From Joostella atrarenae (GTDB lineage Bacteria; Bacteroidota; Bacteroidia; Flavobacteriales; Flavobacteriaceae), in the NCBI RefSeq assembly GCF_021764745.1, contig NZ_JAETXX010000008.1:62548-126547 (forward strand): a stretch of 64,000 bases of DNA, in the 5' to 3' direction. Shown here one piece after another: positions 28,801 to 36,052 of this stretch; the stretch's first letter is position 1, and every line of letters begins with the position of its first letter. The translations under genes were made by a program, and so were the position numbers. The notes below the pieces were generated by a model, which had not been told where the DNA came from, did no database searches, and saw only the letters and a list, made by a program, of their open reading frames with translations.

Positions 28801-30753
28801 AATTATTTCTATAGAATGAGAGGTGTCTTCTATTTTTAAATTAGAAACTACATCTATAAGAAGTTCTAAATCTTTAGATATTTGATTTACCTCTTCCTCT
28901 AAATTTTTAGCGTCAATAACTTTTGCGATAGCATCTAGCGATTTCTCTTTTTCTTTCACCTTATTTTCATAAGGCATTAAAGCTTTATCATCTAGCAAAA
29001 ATTGCACACAACGTTCAGAAATCTTTTCAGATTGCTCTGCGATTCTATTTTCAAGTTCGTCAATAAATTTTTTATCTAAATAACGAACCTCCTTTAAACT
29101 AATAGCTTCTCCTCGTAAAGCACGTAACTGAGTGAGAAAATCTACAAAATCATTAATACTTTTAAAACTCGTGCTCTTAATTTTATTAAAAAGATGCGTA
29201 GCCGTTTTATCTATTTCCTGTGTTTTCTTTTGCGCATTCTTTTTTAACTGAAGTACTTTTTGAAATTCATCTATTGCAGCATTTGCTGCCTTATTAATTT
29301 CTTGTAACGGTTCATTTAAAAGTTTAGTTTCTTCTTCATTCAACCAATAATATGAATCTAAAATGTTTTTAGATTGCTTTGCCAAATCAGAATACAAACC
29401 ATCATAATTATCTTCTTTATTCAGTAAATTAACCAAACCATTTACTTCAGCCATCGCCTTCACAATGTCCTTATTTCCTATTTTATAAAGTAAAGAGTCT
29501 TGATGTTCCGACGGAATAATATCTCCTTTGAGATAAGGAGTTTGCCATATCTGAATTACATGATGTTTGCTTTGCTCATCTTCATTTTTGAAATAACATA
29601 ACTCACCATTATCTAATATTGTAAATCCGTTGCATATTATTGGAGTTTGTATTTTCTGAAGAATTACATTATAGCTCATTAAATTATACAAACCGCTTTC
29701 AGGAGCATAAAAAACATATAAATAATCCTCACCATTGGGAGAACTAATTCTCTCTTGAAACTTTACATTGGGAATACTATTATCAAAAATATTATACTCC
29801 CCAGTTTGCAAATAATAACCTGTTGGAAAAATCACTCCATGATCATCTGGAAGTAAAATACAACTGTTCTTGATACTCTCAATTTTCTGTACTTCCTTCA
29901 GCTTATGATTATAAATAAAATACCGAGCTTCCTCTTGGAAAGGCTTAATTTCGATAACAATTAAGTTTCCTAAGTTGGCAAATTTATATTGACCGTCATC
30001 TAGAGTTTGATCTCTATGAGTAACCTCTTCAGCATAAATACCTTTACCATTCTCTGTATTATCCTCCACTTTTATGGTAAGATCTCCGCCTATAGTTTCA
30101 ACGAAAACCTTATCCAAAATAGAAACATGAGCATGGAGACCTTGCCGATGCATATCTCTAGTTACCTCCTGCCAATTAAACTCATGTTGAGAAGGTAGCT
30201 TATATTCATGCTCACTACGATTATCTATATACTTTAACTGACCATCTTTTATTAACCACTTAAACGTTTTTATATCGGTCACACTATCACTAAGCTGAAA
30301 AACCATATACAAATAGTTTCCCACGATAGCGAACTTAGAAAAAATAGTATTTCTATAATATTTATATAGGTTTTGAAAGTCAGAATAAAAAACATCATCA
30401 TTTAAAACATCTAAAGAAATAGGATCAAAGTTGTTATTATTGAATTTATAAATACTAATAACATCACTAAGCTTTATATCTGTTCTTAATCCAAAATGAA
30501 CATTGTATCCAAACAAGCAAGTATCCGATAACGACAATATATCTCTAGCGATGCAATTGTTTTCTGTATTTATTCGATTGGTGGCGATAAGTTTTGTTTC
30601 CAAAGATCCAAAAACCTCTTTTCTACCTTCATTAAGGTTTTTTAGACGCTCTTGTAATTCAGTCTTCTGCTTCTGTAATCGATTCTGAATTACCTCATAG
30701 GTTCCAGCATCGAGTTTTTGCACGTTGTCTTCCTTTGTAGATTCCTTTGCCAT
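25879..30753 (-). CDS. Giant (1624 aa) cytoplasmic protein: beta-rich N-terminal region, long central coiled coil, single MoxR/AAA_5-like P-loop ATPase domain near the C-terminus
   Basis: Walker A LLLISPPGYGKTTLMEY (nt ~26935-26960). Walker B VMLYLDDIQHCNPEFLQ (nt ~26736-26753). Sensor-1-like CVIMAGNPYT. Arg-containing IPDMLSNRADIY. No TM segments. Residues ~430-800 are heptad-rich (E/K/L/Q). It is the last gene of the PspA-flotillin cassette. Confidence 0.75.
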   Translation of the reverse strand: MAKESTKEDNVQKLDAGTYEVIQNRLQKQKTELQERLKNLNEGRKEVFGSLETKLIATNRINTENNCIARDILSLSDTCLFGYNVHFGLRTDIKLSDVISIYKFNNNNFDPISLDVLNDDVFYSDFQNLYKYYRNTIFSKFAIVGNYLYMVFQLSDSVTDIKTFKWLIKDGQLKYIDNRSEHEYKLPSQHEFNWQEVTRDMHRQGLHAHVSILDKVFVETIGGDLTIKVEDNTENGKGIYAEEVTHRDQTLDDGQYKFANLGNLIVIEIKPFQEEARYFIYNHKLKEVQKIESIKNSCILLPDDHGVIFPTGYYLQTGEYNIFDNSIPNVKFQERISSPNGEDYLYVFYAPESGLYNLMSYNVILQKIQTPIICNGFTILDNGELCYFKNEDEQSKHHVIQIWQTPYLKGDIIPSEHQDSLLYKIGNKDIVKAMAEVNGLVNLLNKEDNYDGLYSDLAKQSKNILDSYYWLNEEETKLLNEPLQEINKAANAAIDEFQKVLQLKKNAQKKTQEIDKTATHLFNKIKSTSFKSINDFVDFLTQLRALRGEAISLKEVRYLDKKFIDELENRIAEQSEKISERCVQFLLDDKALMPYENKVKEKEKSLDAIAKVIDAKNLEEEVNQISKDLELLIDVVSNLKIEDTSHSIEIINNISLIFSTINQLKARIKKKQKSLGSKEAQADFAAQLKLIDQSIINYLDISDTPEKCEDFQTRISIQLEELEGKFADFEEFISLIIEKREEIYNAFEARKNQLVEKRNKRAIALQNSAERILNGVRKKAESFSEAKDINAYFASDMLVSKSRDIAKQLQEMGDSGKAEEIESLLKSAQEDSLRKLKDKKELYEDGNNIIRLGKHKFGVNNQSLDLTILYVDGSLQYHLTGTDFYQKIENETLLESQEFWNQDYISENDVVYRSAYLAFKIFKKFPKDVLELSEEALLKLVQEESSKDYSEGYVKGVHDLDATAILSVFIAKHKALELLSYPPRIRAYAQYFWNFIGEEQKKHLNQTIKASGDVIQFFPNTKEYNFIIEKLQLSIIEFSKNTGIFNSSLATDISNYLFEELQNDNDFKRSGVAIQIKEGFLNKLKEEKGDLRFKNSLENLGSYESKIALVQQWVGAYLHSLGEDNLTFKLNYVDEVVCLILFGDESALNTKFVSPSEEIVGLRGEHLSIRNGVYNFNYHDFVSHLTNYFSEKVPAYNAYKRAKHEVTVSLKEMLRLEEFKPRILSSFVRNKLIDQVYLPLFGDNLAKQLGTVGDQKRTDRMGMLLLISPPGYGKTTLMEYIANRLGLIFMKINGPAIGHEITSVDPASANNSAAREELKKLNLAFEMGNNVMLYLDDIQHCNPEFLQKFISLSDGTRKVEGVFNGKSKTYDLRGKKFCVIMAGNPYTESGEKFRIPDMLSNRADIYNLGDIIGDTAHLFRLSLIENSLTSNPVLHQLSSKNFADVYRLLDRIENNNKEVDLEGNYTKQEVDEYVSVLEKIVKIRNSILKVNTMYIKSAAMEDEYRVEPSFKLQGSYRDMNKLVAKVVPVMNDDELQTLLLSHYESESQTLTSSAEANLLKYKELVGQMSATEFDRWEQIKETFQKNNKLKGFGDKNEMAQVLAQMMQFSENLEGIKEVLQRGLQ

Positions 30754-30961
30754 TCTATATTACACTGAATTTGTTCCCCTCAACAGAATAATTGAGCGGT
30801 TATTATTTTTTTAAAGTTGATTGTATTTGACGAAAATTACCTAAAGAAAACAGAGGTTTTTTAAAATATAATGAAAGCAGTATTATTAGTAACTCCAATA
30901 AGAACTCAATTCAAAAAACCTCTGTTATATATAGCTATTAATCTTTAGCTAGCGTCTTTAT

Positions 30962-33040
30962 TTATCTATTCAACTTCGATATCGTACTATCTGAAATCCC
31001 TAAACCTTTCGCTAAGTTTAATAAATTTCCAAGCATCGTTTTATCTTCAGCACTATCAGATTTCATCTTAAGATCTGCAATCAAGCTAGCTATTGTTATA
31101 TTCTTAATATCTTCCGTAGAAACACCATATTTAATCGCAAAGTTTCTTACTTTTTCTAGTAAGTTGCCCTTAACATCGTCGCTTCCTAAAATAGCATCCT
31201 TAACTTCTTGAACATTGGTACTACTTTGTACCATTCTATCAAAACCTTTACCTCTTGTTATCTGACCTATAATCTGATCAAAGAACATCGTTTCTCCACC
31301 AACAATATCAATCTTAGCCGCTTTAAGAGCATCTCCTATAACTTGCGCTTGAGCATCTGCTATTTCTTTCTGAATATTGATATTAGCTAGATCTATTTGT
31401 AAGTCTTTGTTTAATCGTAATTTAAACTCTTCGTGTTCTTTACCTACACCATCTAGCTTCTTCATTGCAGCTGCTTTCTCCTCAATTCCTGAAGCATCAG
31501 CAAATGCTTTTTCTTTAATAACATCTGCTTCCGCAAGACCATCTTTACGTTTAGCTTCCGCTTTAGCTTCAATTCCGAGAGCTTCTGCTTTTGCTTTTTT
31601 CTCAATAATATTAGCTTCCACTAACCCTTGACGCTCGTTTGCATCTGCTTTTGCATGCATTACTTGTGCCTCAGACATACCAACAGTAGCCTCTTCTTTA
31701 GCTTGCGCCTCTGCCAATATTTTTCTTGCTTCTGCTTGTTTAGCACTAGCTTCTTTATGAGCTAAAGCTTCAATATTTATCTCTTCAGCTTTTTGCTTAG
31801 CTGCTTCTTTTTGTGCTTCGGCAGCTTTTATTGTTTTAATAAGGCTTTCTTCTGCTAGCGCTTCAGCAGTAGTAATCTTAACTTGTTTATCTCTATCTGC
31901 AGTTTTAAACGCTTGAATATCTTTCATGTTTTCCTGTTCTTCTACTACACCCTTCTCAAGCATAACACGATCACGAATAACATCTTGTATATTCTTTTTC
32001 TCTACCTCTACTACTTTCTCTTTTTCAATTTGCGCTAACGTAACAACTCTTTCTCTTTCTGTAGCCTCTAGCAATCTATCTTTTTCAACTCTTTCTGTCT
32101 CCACAGCATCTGTACGCTCCTTATTTTTAAGAGCTACAATAATTTGACGCTGCATATTCTCTTCAGCTACTTTTACTTTTTCTTCAGTAGAAATCCTTGC
32201 GCTTTCAGATTTTAAACGCTCTTCTTCATTAACCTTTAATGTTTCTGCTTCTTCTCTTGCTTTGATATTGGCAATTTCACGTTTTTGCTGCTCTTCTTTT
32301 TCTGCTAATTGTTTATTAAGCTCAAGAATAGTCTCACGAGCTTCTACATCCTGCTTACGAATAGTTTTCTCTTCATCTCTTTTGATAAGATTCGCTTTCA
32401 TATTTTGAACAGCAGTAAGCTCTGTAATTTTCTTAATACCCTCAGCATCCAAAATATTATCTGGTTTCAACTCTTTTACAGAAGTCTGCTCTAAAAAGTC
32501 AATCGCACAATCTTCTAAAGTGTAACCATTAAGGTCTGTTCCGATAATATTAACTATTTCATCTCTAAACTCTCTTCGCGCTTCATATAGCTCAATAAAA
32601 TCAAACTTTTTACCCACTGTTTTTAAAGCTTCAGAAAACTTAGCTTCAAAAAGGTCTTCGAGAGTAGCAATTTTTGATGCTCGATCTACACCAATAGTTT
32701 GCGCTACTTTTTTAATATATTCAATATCATTATTTACTCGAACAAAAAAAGCAACCTTAATATCGGCTCTCATATTGTCTTTACATATAAGTCCCTCATG
32801 AGCCAGTCTTTCAATCTGAATTTTCTTTACAGAGATATCCATTATCTCAGTTTTATGAAATACTGGTACTGTATAAAGCCCTCTATCTGTAGCTACTTTA
32901 GTCCCTCCAAATCCGGTTCTAATTAGCGCCTGACCCTGAGGTACTTTTTTATAAAACATCGCAATTATTGCGAAATAAACAATTATTAAAAATAGAAGTA
33001 TTCCTATTCCAATGCCAACAAGTGGTAAAATTGATTCCAT
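30962..33040 (-). CDS. yqiK: Flotillin / SPFH (band-7) family protein, YqiK-like, with an unusually long EA-repeat coiled-coil
   Basis: N-terminal TM, then SPFH motifs LIRTGFGGTKV and KDNMRADIKVAFFVRV, which match E. coli YqiK (FVRTGLGGQKV / KDRMRVDVVVAFFVRV). ~300 aa of AEAKAE-type flotillin repeats. 692 aa. Confidence 0.9.
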   Translation of the reverse strand: MESILPLVGIGIGILLFLIIVYFAIIAMFYKKVPQGQALIRTGFGGTKVATDRGLYTVPVFHKTEIMDISVKKIQIERLAHEGLICKDNMRADIKVAFFVRVNNDIEYIKKVAQTIGVDRASKIATLEDLFEAKFSEALKTVGKKFDFIELYEARREFRDEIVNIIGTDLNGYTLEDCAIDFLEQTSVKELKPDNILDAEGIKKITELTAVQNMKANLIKRDEEKTIRKQDVEARETILELNKQLAEKEEQQKREIANIKAREEAETLKVNEEERLKSESARISTEEKVKVAEENMQRQIIVALKNKERTDAVETERVEKDRLLEATERERVVTLAQIEKEKVVEVEKKNIQDVIRDRVMLEKGVVEEQENMKDIQAFKTADRDKQVKITTAEALAEESLIKTIKAAEAQKEAAKQKAEEINIEALAHKEASAKQAEARKILAEAQAKEEATVGMSEAQVMHAKADANERQGLVEANIIEKKAKAEALGIEAKAEAKRKDGLAEADVIKEKAFADASGIEEKAAAMKKLDGVGKEHEEFKLRLNKDLQIDLANINIQKEIADAQAQVIGDALKAAKIDIVGGETMFFDQIIGQITRGKGFDRMVQSSTNVQEVKDAILGSDDVKGNLLEKVRNFAIKYGVSTEDIKNITIASLIADLKMKSDSAEDKTMLGNLLNLAKGLGISDSTISKLNR

Positions 33041-33054
33041 AGTATTAATATTAA

Positions 33055-33759
33055 TTAGTCATTATAAGATTGTACAAAATAAAAGTTGCGATCGGCAGAT
33101 CTTTTAATTATTAAAATACTGGTTCCATAATTTAATGGGTCTCCAGTTAGAGATTTCACGTAAATTGATAATGTATCTCCATTAACTTTAACTTCAGCAT
33201 TCCCCATTTTATCTTCTGATATAGAAGAAAGCAATGTTGCTTTTCTCCCTAAATAATCAATAGGGGCATCTCCATCTTTATTTAAATTCTTAAAAAAGGC
33301 TTTAAAAGGAGTTGTTATTATTTTTGTCAATATCAGCGATGGAAGTAATGCCAAAAGCATTATTACAAAACCAATGGTATTATCGTAGGTGCCGGTAATT
33401 GAAGTTATCATAGCAGTACAAAACCACCAGATAAATATCCAAAATGTAAAAGTGAACATAAACGGAAGTCCTACAAAATTAAAATAGATAAGTAGAATTT
33501 GCCACCATTTTAATGGCTTCCTCCTTTTCCCTACCACATCTTCTTGATTGATCTCTGTATTGGAAATATCTTCAAAGTCCATATTCCCTCCTTCAATACC
33601 AGTATCTACATCCATATCAACATCTACATCGATGTCAAAGTCAGGCTCAAAATCCAATCCCCCAATCATGGTTGCAATCCAATATAGAATTAGAATTATA
33701 AGTAGTATTGATAAGATTATATTTACTTCAGAAAAAAGTATATTGGTTAATTCTGTCAA
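33055..33759 (-). CDS. YqiJ/NfeD-like membrane protein (multi-TM plus C-terminal OB-fold) with an acidic DxD repeat loop
   Basis: 234 aa with 4-5 TM helices. Acidic tract DFEPDFDIDVDVDMDVDTGIEGGNMDFEDISNTE. C-terminal beta-rich segment GRKATLLSSISEDKMGNAEVKVNGDTLSIYVKS fits the NfeD OB-fold pattern. The gene sits immediately upstream of the flotillin, as yqiJ-yqiK does. Confidence 0.55.
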   Translation of the reverse strand: MTELTNILFSEVNIILSILLIILILYWIATMIGGLDFEPDFDIDVDVDMDVDTGIEGGNMDFEDISNTEINQEDVVGKRRKPLKWWQILLIYFNFVGLPFMFTFTFWIFIWWFCTAMITSITGTYDNTIGFVIMLLALLPSLILTKIITTPFKAFFKNLNKDGDAPIDYLGRKATLLSSISEDKMGNAEVKVNGDTLSIYVKSLTGDPLNYGTSILIIKRSADRNFYFVQSYND

Positions 33760-33775
33760 TTTCAGTGATTTAAAA

Positions 33776-34477
33776 TTATTTCATTCCAAGTTGATTCTTC
33801 AACTTACTAAGCTCATCTTCTGCTTTGTTTTCTGAAACATCCGCAGCCTTATTTATTTCATCATCTATAGACTTAGATGTATTAGCTATCTCCCCATAAG
33901 CTTCTGCAAGAGCTTCCTCTTGGGCAACTTTTTCTTTCATTCTTTCTAACATCGAAACAGTTCCTGTACTGTCCAATTCGGCCATTTGCTTATTAAGATT
34001 TTTAGTCGCATTGCTAACTTTTACCCTTGCATTAAGAGTTTTTAACTCATTTTCCCACTTACCTATATTAGATTTTATAGCTTGGATATTTTTTTGAAGT
34101 TGAGCCACATTATTATCAAACTTCTCGGACTCTTGCGTAGCTTGTAATATCTGCTTATCTACTACTTCTTTTTGTAAAAGTGCTTCCTTTGCTAATCTGT
34201 CTGCTTCATTAGCATCCATTTGACCAGCTTGTGCCTTTTTAAGAATTAAAATAGCCTTATTCTGATAATCATCTGCTTTATTCTGATATTCTTCTTTATC
34301 ATTTTTAGCACGTATAGCTAACGCCTTCACCTTAGCCATAGCCTCAAGACTCTTTTCAAGATCTAATTTCATATCCCTAATTCCTTGTTCGGTCATCTTT
34401 ATAGGATCCTCCATTTTATCTATGGCAGCATTAGTTTCTGCTTCGCCAATTTTAAATAATCGTTTAAATATATTCAT
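33776..34477 (-). CDS. pspA: PspA/IM30 (phage-shock protein A / Vipp1 / ESCRT-III-like) family protein
   Basis: 233 aa, fully coiled-coil. N-terminus MNIFKRLFKIGEAETNAAIDKMEDPIKMTEQGIRDMKLDLEKSLEAMA aligns with E. coli PspA [48 protein letters not shown]. Confidence 0.85.
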   Translation of the reverse strand: MNIFKRLFKIGEAETNAAIDKMEDPIKMTEQGIRDMKLDLEKSLEAMAKVKALAIRAKNDKEEYQNKADDYQNKAILILKKAQAGQMDANEADRLAKEALLQKEVVDKQILQATQESEKFDNNVAQLQKNIQAIKSNIGKWENELKTLNARVKVSNATKNLNKQMAELDSTGTVSMLERMKEKVAQEEALAEAYGEIANTSKSIDDEINKAADVSENKAEDELSKLKNQLGMK

Positions 34478-34490
34478 GATTTTCTCTTTT

Positions 34491-34886
34491 TTAGTATTTT
34501 GAAAATTCTATAATTTTATCTGAGTACTCACTCATTAATAAACTCAACGAGTTTAAAGCAGCTTCAAGCTCATTAAGATCCATATTTTCAACTTGTAAAG
34601 TATCCCTAAAGATTACTTTATTTCCTGATTCGTCTAGCGCAAATGCTCCATGTATAATATCTCTGTTTTTTTGCAGTAAATTCTTAAAAACTGCCTCAGA
34701 CTGATTATTTATCTTGAAAAGGTATTGCTCCATTATTAATATAGGTGGAGCTACACCAACAATAAGATTTCGAATACCAGAGTTTTCCTTTTGGATAACC
34801 AAAACGCCTTCTTCAGGGTTTTCATGTGTAATATTGAAGTCTAACTCAAGTAGAAAATCCCGAGTTATGTTAAAATGGTTTTTCAT
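34491..34886 (-). CDS. Small soluble protein, possibly YbjN/YjfI (DUF2170)-like chaperone-fold partner of the PspA paralog
   Basis: 131 aa, no TM. 13-nt spacing to the pspA-like gene. The alternating hydrophobic pattern (GVLVIQKENSGIRNLIVGVAPPILIMEQYLF...) is reminiscent of YjfI-type proteins that precede PspA paralogs. This is a family guess only. Confidence 0.3.
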   Translation of the reverse strand: MKNHFNITRDFLLELDFNITHENPEEGVLVIQKENSGIRNLIVGVAPPILIMEQYLFKINNQSEAVFKNLLQKNRDIIHGAFALDESGNKVIFRDTLQVENMDLNELEAALNSLSLLMSEYSDKIIEFSKY

Positions 34887-35090
34887 AGATTATAGTTAGG
34901 TTAATGTTTAAATTTTTCGATGTTAATATTACAAAAAAATATTAACAAGCTTATTAAAGAAGACTCATAAGTTCCCCTATAAATATTATAAATATCACAA
35001 TCATACTTTATCATCTTTTAATTATTAATTCTTTTTTAATTATAAACAAATGCTGCATTTGAGAACAAAACCACAATGAATGTCATTTTT

Positions 35091-35152
35091 TTTGCTAATT
35101 TTGTTAGACTAATTTACAATAAATCTTCTTAATTGCAAATATAATTAGCAAA
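35091..35152 (+). promoter_or_regulatory. Divergent promoter/operator region: candidate -7 box TAATTTTG (35097-35104) flanked by inverted AATTAGCAAA-type half-sites
   Basis: TTTGCTAATT (35091-35100) is the reverse complement of AATTAGCAAA (35143-35152). A third related copy AATTGCAAAT is at 35131-35140. The region lies between the XRE/S24-like regulator gene and the PspA-cassette. Confidence 0.4.
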
Positions 35153-35154
35153 AT

Positions 35155-35913
35155 ATGTCATTATTTGGAAAAAATATTAGAAAAATAAGAAGTTTAAAAT
35201 CGATGAGCCAGCAGGCATTTGCAGACTTATTTGACCTAAAAAGAGGCACTCTAGGAGCTTATGAAGAAGGACGTAGCGAACCTAAAATAGATACTATTAT
35301 TAAGATTGCTAATTATTTTAGCATTCCAATAGATCACTTGCTAACAAAAGAATTAACCGTAAACGAGCTTTTAAAATTTCGTGGAGGTGTTGAACGTTAC
35401 AATACGGAAATATCGAATCAATTATTTTTTAAAAGAATTCCCTGTATCCCTTCAGAAAGAATTAAAGAGTATTCTGAAAATTTTAATAACACTGATTATA
35501 TTGAGAATATTCCCTATGTATTATTGCCAATCACAGAAGGATCTGAAATGAGAAGCTTTATAATTAACAACCTAGAAATGAGTAAAAACAATAAAGGTTT
35601 TTACCCTAAAGATGTTGTTATTGGTAGTAAAGTAGATAATTTATCTCCAGAAATAATACAAGATGGAAAATTATATATAACCGTCTTAAAAGAAGAAGTT
35701 ATATTTAGAAGAATCTTCATTTCAAACACTAAAATCACCCTAAGAGCAGATCATCCAGGAGTTGAAGACATCATTCTAAAACTTACTGATATTAAAGAGC
35801 TCTGGAGAGTAGACTATGTTTTTTATCACCGAACATTAGAAAACAACACCGATTTAGAGGATAAAATAATGAAATTAGAAGAGCAATTTAAACAATTAAA
35901 ATCTGAATTATAA
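35155..35913 (+). CDS. XRE-family HTH transcriptional regulator with LexA/CI (peptidase S24)-like C-terminal domain
   Basis: N-terminal HTH: IRKIRSLKSMSQQAFADLFDLKRGTLGAYEEGRSEPKIDTIIKIANYFSIPIDHLL. The C-terminal beta-rich domain has a GSEM segment (compare S24 GDSM) and a ITVLKEE Lys region. The catalytic dyad is not certain. Confidence 0.6.
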   Translation: MSLFGKNIRKIRSLKSMSQQAFADLFDLKRGTLGAYEEGRSEPKIDTIIKIANYFSIPIDHLLTKELTVNELLKFRGGVERYNTEISNQLFFKRIPCIPSERIKEYSENFNNTDYIENIPYVLLPITEGSEMRSFIINNLEMSKNNKGFYPKDVVIGSKVDNLSPEIIQDGKLYITVLKEEVIFRRIFISNTKITLRADHPGVEDIILKLTDIKELWRVDYVFYHRTLENNTDLEDKIMKLEEQFKQLKSEL

Positions 35914-36052
35914 TTTACTTCTATAAACCCCAGAAATAATAATACTAAATCGGGAGATAAAAGTTAACTATAAGCCAAATATATATTTTGTTTAACTTTT
36001 AACATAACTATATTGAACATTTTGTAATTTTACTATTATAAAATTAATAGTT

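Noticed and set aside
31400-32100. Repetitive gct/gca/gaa-rich DNA that could be mistaken for a tandem-repeat or CRISPR-like array
   Set aside because: It is in-frame coding sequence for the flotillin AEAKAE coiled-coil repeats. There are no spacer/repeat periodicity and no cas genes.
35155-35913. Calling the HTH protein a bona fide autocleaving LexA
   Set aside because: The S24 Ser-Lys dyad is not cleanly conserved (GSEM versus GDSM) and no LexA-box (CTGT-N8-ACAG) was seen. It is kept as a CI/LexA-like regulator only.
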